The position numbers and the translations under genes are program-made. Shown here one piece after another: positions 1-11,229 of a stretch of DNA of 64,000 bases; within the stretch, counting starts at the first letter, position 1; the number at the start of each line of letters is the position of its first letter. Source of the DNA: Carcharhinus amblyrhynchos (lineage: Eukaryota); the NCBI GenBank assembly GCA_965287045.1, contig OZ336878.1, forward strand, positions 31,868,001-31,932,000, read 5' to 3'. Below the pieces are notes generated by a model that saw only the letters and a list, made by a program, of their open reading frames with translations, did not search any database and was not told where the DNA came from.

Positions 1-1756
1 ATTTACAATGTTTAAAATTGTAGAGTAATTATAAGTGTGGTGCAAAAGCTTGGATGCTGCTGGTATTTGGTTGTTTGACACAATTGACCCTCATAGTAAC
101 CTAGAATTCGCTCTGATGCAAAAACAGGTTTTTTTAAGTTTAAAAAAAACTAATCCATAAGACCATTTTACTTGTACTCTTGATTGAGCTCACAGTGCAT
201 GGCGATAGCTGATTATATGTTTCCATCTTACAAGCTGCAATGTAATTTCAGAGTGTGCTCAGTGTATGAATGTAATAGTAGCTGACTCGCATGATGTTAT
301 GTGTCAGAATATTAAAGGCACTAATGGAAAAGCTCCCAGATTCACAAGAGGACACCATTTCCACAGATGTTTCGGATGGCTGGTCACTAAACTAATGGGG
401 CAGAATCCAAAACCATGGCAAAAGAGCCTGGATGAAAATGAAAAGGGAGATGAAGAGCGCCCATTGGAAGTCACATTTAAAATTAAATGCTTTTATTGGG
501 AGCTTGCTGCAGATATGGAATATTAACAATAATACAAGGCAGAAGTGTCAGGATAGCAATTGCTTATCGGGCTTTATCACAGAATATGAAACTGTATCGC
601 ATGAAATCCACCAGTGGCTGAATAGATATGCCAATTCATTTTGAATGTCCGCTTTGACAAGCTAGGCTGCTCTTGCTGAATGGCATCAGTGAATGTGAGC
701 TTCCTTGCACATTTCCTATTCTCCCACTTTCTTTGCTAAGCCTTCCTTATAAAATTGAAAAAGACACAGAATAAAAGTAATACCAGTTCAAGTTTTTTTT
801 AAATGATAAGAGGGAAAAGTATATGAAGGCTTGTTTAGATAACATTAAGATGGTTATTGTTGGTGGAAGGCTGTATGAGATATAAGCTTCAAACCCTGAT
901 GACATTCTCCCTAATACAAGTGTTTAATATTTGATGTATTGGGATAAAAAGGATCTCCTTTGAATCAAATTGAGTTCCTAAGTAAGAATCTATTACAGGA
1001 TGACTTTTCTGATTTGACAGCAAAGTGGACGATGTTATTCTTGACTAGTTACTGCAATCGGTTTGCACTTGAGTTAGATATTTTTTTCTTCGCTTGAGCA
1101 AACACAGCTTATCCACTGCTTTGAAGACTGCTGGAGTAAGTGCTGAAATTCAGAATTTGCCCAAAGATTTTTTTATCCTTTCATTCTTTGTCGTATAATG
1201 AACAGAATATTATTTTGACGTTCTATTTTTATTCGTAAATTACTTCATCTGTTAAGTATGATTACTATGGTATTTACTAGTGTGGCTTTACTTTAAAGAA
1301 CAACCCTGGCTGAATTTATCTTTCCAAATTAATCTGATTGGTAAACATAAGAATACAAGAATGCATCTGGCAGTGTAATTAATGCATCATTTTTATTTTC
1401 TTATTTGTGCTTAACCTAACAAGCCAGGTGTCTTAGACGAAAGATTTTGTTACTTTATGAGCAAGTCTGCTTATTTCTACTATTATACTCTCTTTTTTAA
1501 TTTCCTTTAACCCTTTTTTCTTTTTAGAGTGGCTCCCACAATGGAGGCTGAGGATGCCCTGTTTTCTCTCTTAGCTTTCACACCTTTTCTTGATTGTTGC
1601 TGGCAGTGTATCTTGTTCTCGATAAACTTTAGAAATATGCAGTCAGCCTGTTCAGAATTATCTGGGGAAATCTTGCCCTTGGTGCCTAATGCTGGCTGAA
1701 GCAAGAAAATGTCTGACAACACCAGGTTTCAGTCCAACCGATTTATTTGATAGTAA

Positions 1757-1795
1757 ATTCACTAGCTTTCGGGTTAGCCCCTTCGCCAGGTGAAT
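1757..1795 (-). ncRNA. Minimal type I hammerhead ribozyme motif, inverted copy (core variant CUGGCGA)
   Basis: Reverse complement reads ATTCAC-CTGGCGA-aGGGgctaaCCC-GAAAGCTA-GTGAAT. A6 of CUGANGA is G. Confidence 0.72.
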
Positions 1796-2410
1796 GGAGA
1801 GTTCTGGCCTCAGACAGAGCATATAAAGCACAGACAGTTTACAGATTACTGATTAGAATGCGAATCTTTACACCTAACCTGCTGTTCAAGTCTTAAAGTG
1901 GCTAACAATGTGTGTGGAAGGAGCACTGATCACAGGTTAAAGAGATGTGTATTGTCTCCAGACAGTACAGTGAGTGAGGTTTTGCAAACCCAGGCAAGTC
2001 ACGGGGGTTACAGATAGTGTGACATGAGCCCAAGATCCCTGTTGAGACCGTCCTCATGTGTGCGGAACTTGGCTATCAGTCTCTGATAGCCAGTGTGTCC
2101 AAGGTCTGTGCTAACCATAGCAGAGACTGATAGCCAAGTTCCGCACACATGAGGACGGTCTCAACAGGGATCTTGGGTTCATGTCACGCTATCTGTAACC
2201 CCCGTAATTTGCCTGGGTTTGCAAAACCTCACTCACTGTACTGTCTGGAGACAATACACATCTCTTTAACCTGTGATCAGTGCTCCTTCCACACACATTG
2301 TTAGCCACTTTAAGACTTGAACAGCAGGTTAGGTGTAAAGATTCGCATTCTAATCAGTAATCTGTAAACTGTCTGTGCTTTATATGCTCTGTCTGAGGCC
2401 AGAACTCTCC

Positions 2411-2449
2411 ATTCACCTGACAAAGGGGCTAACCCGAAAGCTAGTGAAT
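2411..2449 (+). ncRNA. Minimal type I hammerhead ribozyme motif in the PLE pseudo-LTR (core variant CUGACAA)
   Basis: ATTCAC-CTGACAA-aGGGgctaaCCC-GAAAGCTA-GTGAAT: stem I ATTCAC/GTGAAT, stem II GGG/CCC, GAAA, palindromic AGCT stem III. G8 of CUGANGA is A. Confidence 0.75.
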
Positions 2450-3257
2450 TTACTATCAAATAAATCGGTTGGACTGAAACCTGGTGTTGTCAGACTTTTT
2501 ACTGTGTTTACCCCAGTCCAACGCCAGCATATCCACATCATGAAGCAAGAAAACCAGTATATAGCTCTCTGGCTGCACAGCCAAGTTTTCTCTCCAGATT
2601 TTATTGCACTCTTCTGCAAAAAAAAAAGTCTGAGCGCTTGGTTTTCACCATCACTGATGGGGCAGGGCCTTTAAGAGTTGATAATGCTGGCTCCACAGAG
2701 ATTGATGGGATGGATGAGCCCCTCCATTTGCCATTGGCTTTGGCACAACCGGAAGATCCCACCAGAGGCAAATGCAAGCCATCTTTGCCTTGGGAAAACC
2801 GACCATGGGGGCCTGCGGTTGCAGTATATGTCTGCAGCTGGAACTTAACCAGACTTCATTGCAAGATGAGATTCTGGGATGTCTTCTTCCATTTTGTTTC
2901 AGTGCTAAATTGATCCCAAATTCTGGACCTATATGACAACTTTAAGTTACTAAAAAACTAAGCCATCCATTAATACCTCAGTTATAGTACGCCTGCAGCC
3001 TGGTTCTTCTGAGCGGTGTTTTCCTTTATAGACTCCCTCAATTGGCTCTCATCCTGAGATTCATGCAGGATGTTTGACAGAAAATACCAAGAGTACAACT
3101 TGAAAGGCAGAACTTAATTTTAGATTTTGCCTTTTAAGACCTCCCAAAACACTTTATAGCCAGTGAGTGAGGTACTCATGTAATGTAGGAAACTACAGCA
3201 GCTAATTTGCACATAACAAGAATTCCCAAACTGCAAAGAGATGAACGGCCAGATCGA

Positions 3258-3402
3258 ATCATAGAATCCCTACAGTGCAGAAGGAAGCCATTTGACCCAT
3301 CAAGTCTGCACTGATCACAATGATCAGTGACCCCGCAACCCCATGCATTTACCCTTCTTATCCCTGACGCTAAGGAGCAATTTAGCATGGGCAGTTCACC
3401 TA
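3258..3402 (-). mobile_element. HE1/V-SINE 3' fragment
   Basis: atcatagaatccctacagtgcagaaggaagccattt is the reverse complement of the tail of the full copies at 40663 and 44209. Confidence 0.75.
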
Positions 3403-3490
3403 CATAATCAGCTTGTGATGTTTGTTGGATAAATATTAGTCAGGATACCAGAAGAACTACCCTGTCCTTTCAAATAGCATCATGGGGTCA

Positions 3491-3820
3491 AAGAGCAAAG
3501 AACAAAACAGCACAGGAAACAGGCCTTTCGGCCCTACAAGCCAGCACTGCCCATTTTAACATTCAGTGAATGCCTCATTCCAATCCTACTTCTACCTATG
3601 ACTTTTGTCTACGCCTCTTGGACTCCACAATAAAGGAGTGCAAATTTAGAGAATTATATGTGCGCTAGATTAAGGGAGGTCTAATTTAGAGACAATTTGT
3701 TAACACCAATCAGCCTAAAAGCACGTTTTTGGGGTGTGGGAGGAAACCGAATCACCCGGAGAAAACCCATGCAAGCACAGGGTGAATGTGCAAACTCCCA
3801 CAGACACCGACCCAAGTCGG
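3491..3820 (-). mobile_element. V-SINE variant
   Basis: V-domain on the minus strand (gtgggaggaaaccgaatcacccggagaaaacccatgc...atgtgcaaactcc), plus a CR1-like tail at about 3495-3545. Confidence 0.7.
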
Positions 3821-6447
3821 TTTTACATCCACCTCAGTTTAACATCTCATCCAAAAGAAATGGCAACTTCGACACTGCAGCACTACCATAGTACTGCAAT
3901 AAAGTGTCAGCATAGATTATGCGTTAAACTCTCTGCACTACGACTAGAACCAGTAGCTTTATGGTTCTGAGATAAAAGTGCTATCTTAGTCAAGTCTGAC
4001 ATCTAACATGGTTAGCACAGATTTGGACTGTGTTGACTATCAGTTGAGTTGAGTATCTCAGACCTTGGATATCACCTGTCAGAACCATTTCTTGATTTCT
4101 TAGAGCATTATATTGCTCAATGGGTAAGTTTTATTTCTGATGTATCTGGAAAATTTTAAAGACTATTAATGCAGAATGAAAGTGATTCACTGTGTGGTGC
4201 TTTGACACATGTATTTCATATTATTGATGATTTATTTAGAAATTCATGTATATTCCTTTTAAATAATGTCATCAAGTAGCTCATTTCTCATACTCAAAGC
4301 AGTCATACTTGTGGCTGTGGTCTTATTGAATTAAATAAGTAAACTTCAGTCACTCAGTGGATTTCTATCCTATGACATACAGATTGGAGCTTATTTTAGA
4401 TCTGTCCCAAGATCATACCAGATGTTCTTCTATCTTAAAAGAGAATAGCACCAAATGTCTTCTGCTGCCTTAACTCTTTGAAGTAACACAATTCAATTGT
4501 CTTAAAGTATTTGAGCATTTTTGATGATTACTTATTGTAACGTGTGTGCAAGGTGACATTTATTAATTTCTCTCCTATCACCACCACACTGCCGCCGCCG
4601 CCCCCCCCCCAAAAAAAAAGCTGGTCTGCAAAGGTGATGATGTGTCCTAACAGTGGTGCTAAGGTAATAATACTGGGATAAATGGTGGGAAGCTCCATAG
4701 ATTGAATTTCCTTCAATTCACACCACTATCCCACTAGATTTCAGGGGAGATTGCAGAGAATGTTCTAGTCCTAAGTGTACAAAATTCAATAGTAGCTATG
4801 ATTATTGTTGTTCTTAATTGGTATAATAGGTGCCAATTGACCATTTTAGCACAATAAACAAAACATATTTCATCGTTATTCCATATGAAAAATTAAGTGG
4901 TCCGGGTTACATACAGAGTTTCAGAATCTGGCAGTACTTTTTATCAGGTGATTTCCAACAAAACTGATTATTCTGTAAAGCTTTCTCTTCTCCCTCCCCT
5001 CCTTCTTCCCTGTTCATCCTTCCATTTATTTTTTCAATTTTCTGTTGATTTGACAAAGTTAACATAAAGCAAAGAAAGCTACCAGGTTTATTTTGCTGAC
5101 AATATAAATGTCCCTTTTTTACAGCTACAAGACATTAATTGCATTCATGGGCCTGAAAATAACCGTCAATGAGCCTCGTGACTAAACATTTCTTAATTTC
5201 ATCTCTTAATTTTTCATAGCTTTGGAAAGTAAAGAAATGAAACACTGGACATAGGAATGGCCTGTTTCAGCCTGAAATGGTAACCAAGTAAGCAATTGAA
5301 ATTAATAAGAACAGAGCAGAGTTTTATCTTGGTAGCAGTCCTTGTGTTGAACGAAGCAAGTTAAGACTAGGAGTCAGACAAGCTGCTTGACAGCATAGAG
5401 TTGGTGAGAGAATGAAATAGGTAATGGTGAGCAATATACCCTCTCTTTTTTGGAGTACAAGCAAGATTTCTTTAACTGGCGGCCCCTTTAATTTCTTTTA
5501 TGTGGCTGCTCGTTCAGAGTAACCTAGAGGGACAGATTGCCAGATTGGAAACTTAAAGGGAACATTGATAATCAGTGCCATTGATGTACATGTGTAAGTT
5601 GATTTTTTTTGTTTTTTGATATCACCAAGGAACAGTGTGGTGACATTACAAGGCAGAGAATAGGTTACCAGGGAACTCTGGAGAATGATGCATATTGCAT
5701 TCACTAGTCTGTTTTATTTGTAGGTTGACTGAATTACAGAAACTGAATGGCACAGCAAGATACTGGAACTGCACGACATTAAATAGTAGAATCAGTTCAT
5801 GAAGGGTTAAAATAGTCTGTTTAGAATGTATTTCCCACAGAGTTTGATAAGTGACAAAGCTTTTGAACAAAACAATCTTCTATGTTTCTTGGCATATCTT
5901 CGAGGTTTGATTTTAATGATGTGAATTTCACATCATCAACACAGTTGAGATTTCCTGCCAAATCTGAAAACTGGGAGAAGATCCCAGTATATATCTAATT
6001 AAAAGCTTGCAGAGATTAGAACTGTAAATCATTCATGATTGGAAAACATAGCAGTAGAAATTATTACTTTTAATGCTGATGGTGAGGTGCTAAAATAACT
6101 TCTACACACTTCTGAATAATAAGCTAAAACATCTTGCTAAATTTCTTTGCATAATGTAGCCATCACTGACGATCACAATTGTTGATAAAGTTTTATTCCA
6201 TAGTTTCATTTGTGAGAATCTAGTACAAGAGCTAACTACTTCTAATCCTCATTAAAAGAAAACTTTAAACTTCTACAAATTAATGAGTGAGCACAAATTG
6301 CATCTAAGAAGGAAATTTAATTCTTCCACCTGTTCCCCGGGTATGATAGGCTTAATTTGGTGGTGGTTGTAAGTCGGTAAAAACAGATCAGCCTACTGTG
6401 ATTGCCTGGCTGCCTGTACTCCTGTGACCATTTCTCGCATTGTTACT

Positions 6448-6820
6448 CCCCAACCTCGTCACTCACCAGCCTCCAGCCTTCCCCCAGCCTCGTCCTTCCC
6501 CCAGCCTCATCACTCACCCAGCCTTGCCACTCCCCAGCACCTTGCCTGCCCAGCCCTGTCCCTCCACCAGTGTCACCTGTCCCCAGCCTCGTCACCACCC
6601 CCCCCCAGCCTCGTTAACACCCCCAGCCTCACCACTCGCCAGCCCTGTCCCTCCCCAGCCCTGTCCCTCCCCTAGCGTCATCTGCCCCCAGCCTCGTCAC
6701 CCCCCCCCCCCAGCCTCGTCACCCCCCCCCACCAGCTTCGTCACCCCCCTCCCCCCAGCCTCGTTCCCCCACCTCGTCACTCCCCCAGCCTCGTCACCCA
6801 GCTCCTAGCTCCCCAGCCTT
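6448..6820. repeat. C-rich imperfect minisatellite, unit about 15-20 bp (CCCCAGCCTCGTCAC variants)
   Basis: Roughly 20 degenerate copies of CCAGCC(T/C) separated by C runs. It produces the Pro/Ser-rich spurious ORFs at 6402-6808. Confidence 0.9.
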
Positions 6821-6827
6821 TCCAGAC

Positions 6828-6925
6828 TTTTATTCAGGTGGCATTGAAACCCTGCTCCCAGATCATTGCCCTGGGTTTCTGGATTAATTGTCCTGTGAGA
6901 ATAATACTAAGCCACTGCCTTCCCA
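6828..6925 (-). mobile_element. tRNA-derived SINE head fragment
   Basis: Reverse complement gggaaggcagtggcttagtattatt...aatccagaaacccagggcaatgatctgg...gtttcaatgccacc has a degenerate A/B-box layout. Confidence 0.55.
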
Positions 6926-7444
6926 TGTGAATTTCCCATATGAGGTCCAATTGACCAAGATTGTGAGGTAAGTGGGTGATTTGAGCAGTGAATGATGCTA
7001 GTAGTGGAGTTGATAGGAAATGGTGTTTGACTAACCTGCAATTGCTGAGTTTATTCTTATATCCTTTTCTGAATGAGGTTATAACATTTGTCTTCTGTTA
7101 CCACCCTCCAATCTAAGCAGGATGGAAAGATTGTGACCAGTACCTCCATAATTTCCATGCTTGCTTCTCTCAATATCTTTGAATGCTTCCTATCTGGTCC
7201 TGGTAACCTATCAAATTTAAGCCACCCATTCTATTATCTCCTCCCTCAGCTTTTAGCCCATCCAGTATTTCAACCACCTCATCAATCACTATGACTTTGT
7301 AAAGACAGAAGCACCTCAATCATTTGCACTTCAATCATGCCCTCTGCTTCCATTCATAGATTCCCTTTTTTAAGACCATAATCTGCTCCATTTACCACCC
7401 TTATACTTTCCCTTCACCTGCACAAGACGTTTAAAGTAAAATAT

Positions 7445-7800
7445 GGATTAGAAAGCCAATATCATAATGGTGATCATGAATCTACTAGATTGTCATAAAA
7501 CCCATCAGGTTCACTAATGTATTTCACGTACATTTTTCTAAAATTTATTCATTCACGGATGTTGCCGTCCCTGGCTAGGCCAGCAGTAATTACCCGTGTC
7601 ACCCTTATGGATGTGCCATCTTTATCTAGTCTGTGACTTTGGACCTATTGCAATGTGGTTAACTCTTAACTGTGCTCTGAAATGGCCAAAGAAGCCATGG
7701 ATTTGTATTCAAGAAGGTCACCACCTTCTCAAGGGCAATCAGGTGTGGATTAATAGTCCAGTGACATTAAGTGACTTTGCCTGTGAATGGATAATGAAAA
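7445..7800 (+). mobile_element. Old SINE body/tail sharing its 3' end with the LINE at 54844-55380, with an antisense tail piece at about 7535-7595
   Basis: caccaccttctcaagggcaa at 7720-7739 recurs at about 55297-55316. Confidence 0.55.
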
Positions 7801-8870
7801 ATCATTTTGGAAGTGGTTCTATTATTTGCCACTTCTACTGTAATCTAAGCTGTATTTTAGGATGAATGTATCTCTGATATATCTGATTTACACTCAATTT
7901 TTAGGACTGAAACTACATCACTGTTACACCAAAACAAAGTTTGGTTTCAAACTGTACAGACATAGTAGTTAGAGGGATGAGTTGTTAATATGGACTGAGA
8001 GATCAATGCAAGCACAGTACATGGATTTATTTCCTTTGGGCACCTGTTAATCCAACCTTAGCTTGGCACCTTACCTCAGTCCAGAAAACTTCCTCATTTG
8101 CACCCACATCTATGGGCGTGGACGACTTTATTGAATGCTGGTCCTTCCCATCATGCTTGCTTGCCTTTGGCTTTCTTTGGAGGAATTCCCTCAAAAATTC
8201 CTTCTTTCAATCAAAAATGTTCACCTTCTGCTATACCTCCTCCAGAATTAAAGGGAGACATTACAGCTCCTGCAGACATGTGTCTGCACCTGCTCCACTG
8301 AATCTTCCACTCTCTAATGATTATGTTTTTATAGCTCCAATTTGGTGGTGGCCAAAATGAAAACCTTCCTTTGCTGTAGAGCAGTCAGGTTCCAGTGGAA
8401 AATGATGCATTTTTCCTTTAAGTGCTGTAGTCTTTAAAGAGCTGGTGCACTATTTATTCTGTGCTCATTAATTGAGGGAACATCTATTTCACATCTGGGA
8501 AATGTTAGGGAGTGTATTTGATTTATGCAAATTAAGTGACTGTTGGATTTGATGGGAGGCCCTTCCAGCTGTATGAGATTGTGGAATCACAGCTGTTCCC
8601 CATGAACAGGCAATCAGCCCTTCTAATTTAATATCTGGTTATGAACTTTATACACTTTACATGCAGAACAAGGGAATAAAAGTTATTAGGAAAGCTCAGC
8701 AGTTCAAATGTTTGAACATTGACTTTCTATCAAATACCAGGCGATACATTGATTTTTGGGGACTGCCAGTTACTGTAGCTTGCCTTGCTCACTTTGGTGA
8801 GTTTTGTTTTATCCATTTAGAACCAGGTTGCCCTATGAAATATTGCAAAAACCTCTTATGGTGAAACTCT

Positions 8871-9914
8871 GGGCCAGAATTTCCCAGAGTTGGGGAGACT
8901 CTACTGACATTTGAAAATGTTGGTTGGGACCCAGATGTGGAAGTTCTCCCCCTTTCCAACAGATCCAACTTATGCCAGCATGGGACAGGGGTGGTACATG
9001 ATTCACATTAGATGGAAACCTGAACTCAGCAGAGCCATTTGAACTTAATTACAAGGACCTTACTCTGTAGTGTGGGAGTCACAAATTGATGGAGTAGATG
9101 TAGATATTATTAAAGGGCTCAGAAAGTCTGTGTCATGATTTGAAGTTTTTTTTAATTCTCTGCTTTTAAAACTCAGAGAGAAAAGACAGGTTAATGCTGT
9201 CAGCAAGAAAAACACCATCTGTTGGACTGCTTTGATTGACAGGCCATCTGGTGTATGTTAGAAAAACCCATCTGTCACAATATAGATAGAGATCTTCGAC
9301 ATTTTCCGTATCCCAAAGGTTATGATTATGCCATTATACTTGGTGGGTTGCAAATACTATAATTTCCCCAACAGAGGATTCTGAATTCTTAGTTTAAAAG
9401 GGTGTTAAGAACTTAGTCGTTTTTTTTATTTTTGTTTGTAAGAGATTGAACGCTTGAGAAGATTTAAAAGATTTGAATCTGTATCATTTGTGAGAGATTG
9501 TCACTATTAAATATAAATGAGTAACAGCTGCATTAGATTAATAGAAGTTTATTTGTTTCATCTCCACATGATTCCTGAGCTCTACCCATAGTGGATACTG
9601 GATGAATGGCTATGTTGGTGGCATGGGGGGTATGAACAATAATGGAGGAAAGCATGAGTTGGCAAGGAAGGATCATGAGGATAAGGGAGGACATTGGGAG
9701 GATGGGGGGGTAGAGGATTGGAAAACTTAACCTCTTCTAAAACTGAGATAAAGTCCCAGACCTTCTAACCAACCTCCCTGGGCCTGACTTGATCTTTTTC
9801 TGCCTTCCCTGACCAAAATGTCGATCCAGCAGTGCCTTTTAATCCAAGGTAGGTGTGCCGAGTTGGGAAATTTTCCAACTTGAGCTACCTGCTTTGGCAG
9901 TGAAAATTTGGTCC
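8871..9914. mobile_element. Degenerate non-autonomous TIR element (Harbinger/MITE-like)
   Basis: Ends GGGCCAGAATTTC ... GAAAATTTGGTCC. A subterminal ttgggaa.ttttccaac hairpin is shared with the copy at 15270-16410. Confidence 0.45.
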
Positions 9915-10865
9915 TTTGTTCCTGCCTCCACGTATGCTGTCTGACCTGATTTTTTTTCAGTGTTCCTTGTTCATATTCAGACTTCAAGTGTTCACAGTAT
10001 TCTGCAATGCTTTGTTAATATTTCCTCATTATTAATAGTAATTGCAGAATTCCTACTTTCCCAGATAGTTCTGGGCATTGTGTTCAGAGAAAAGAATGTA
10101 AAGCCATGTAATGATGTTGAAACTGCAGCAACTGAGTAACATATCCAGTTATCTTAGGGAGATTTATGATTACTGCTTTCAGCTGTTTGAAGTGGGAAAG
10201 GGTTAATGATGTGTTAAATGCAGTCACTGTCTGTTCTTTAAAGACTTGTGTTGACATGGCTTTTGTAATGAGTCTTGACAATTGTGCTGAAGGTGTTTGA
10301 TTGTCATAGGCATTTGTGTGTGTCTGCAATATGTCCACATTCATTTAAGAACCTTCAGTGTTAAGGCAGCACAATTTCCCAGTTAAATTTAAGTGGCCTC
10401 ACCTCAATCAGATCAATAATCCTGCCACTTCCTCCAAAACTAGGGGAAATATTTTATTTTAAAAATCAATTGCGTAAAATGTTTGAATATGCATGAGTTT
10501 GTATTTGACCTTGAGCATTGAATGATTTTTGTTCAGAGGTTTGGAGAACGAATGAACAGTCTTGCTAGACAAAGAATGCTATAGAAATGTAAGTTGTTGA
10601 ACTATTTTTGCAACAAATCTCTACTTAACGTTGCATATATGCAGCCATATGTTCTAATGTTTAAAAAACTGCTTTCGTTATTATTGTACAAATAAAAAAT
10701 CCAGTTTACTTCCCCACCATCCTGGATTAACCCTCTTGTGGAATTTTGACTCGAAGCAGTATTCTCTTCCATTTGTTTTTCCGAGGCTTCATGAGGGCTT
10801 AGGATTGAACAAACTAGTCTGATTTTTCTCTCCTCACCATTCACTATCTAAAATAAAGGTCCTAA

Positions 10866-11105
10866 GTTTTTTTTCACTAGGGTCACAAGTAGGCTTACAT
10901 TAACATTGCAACAAAGTTACTGTGAAAATCCCCTAGTTGCCACACTCCTGTTTGGGTACACTGAGGGAGAATTTAGCCTAGCCAATGCACCTAACCAGTG
11001 TGTCATTTTGGATTGTGGGAGGAAGCCAGAGCGCCTGGAAAAAACTCACACAGACATGGGAAGAATGTGCAGACTCTGCATAGAAAGTGACCCAAACTGG
11101 GAACC
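10866..11105 (-). mobile_element. V-SINE variant (gtcacaagtaggcttac tail family), head rearranged
   Basis: Same family as 42963-43285 and 53132-53426. V-domain gtgggaggaagccagagcgcctggaa. Confidence 0.8.
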
Positions 11106-11108
11106 ATA

Positions 11109-11229
11109 AAAGACGCATAAGATCTGATATTTGAAATCACGTGACTGAGCACTGCTGCCTCACAGCGCCAGGGCTGGCTAAGTCAGTGCTAAGTCACATG
11201 ATTTCAAATATCAGATCTTTTGCGTCTTT
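11109..11229. repeat. 46-bp inverted repeat with a 29-bp loop containing an inverted SINE head
   Basis: 11109-11154 versus the reverse complement of 11184-11229 shows 3 mismatches by eye. Confidence 0.9.

Larger units (their letters stand above)
1710..2540 (+). mobile_element. Penelope-like element (PLE) 3' fragment with an inverted duplicate of its pseudo-LTR; 13-bp TSD
   Basis: TGAAGCAAGAAAA occurs at both 1697-1709 and 2541-2553. 2121-2198 translates as QRLIAKFRTHEDGLNRDLGFMSRYL*, a PLE GIY-YIG C-terminus. Arms 1711-2085 and 2121-2495 are reverse complements. PLE-type 3' extension ccccagtccaacgccagcatatccacatca. Confidence 0.9.
3130..4000 (-). mobile_element. Old Deu-domain SINE (SacSINE1-like) interrupted by two V-SINE insertions
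   Basis: Reverse complement of 3830-3990 resembles the Deu-domain consensus (agtgctgcagtgtcgaagttgcc..ttttggatgagatgttaaactgagg). Body and tail pieces at about 3145-3250 and 3425-3488. Confidence 0.6.

Noticed and set aside
6402-6808. Pro/Ser-rich ORFs in three frames
   Set aside because: By-product of the C-rich minisatellite, which has almost no stop codons.
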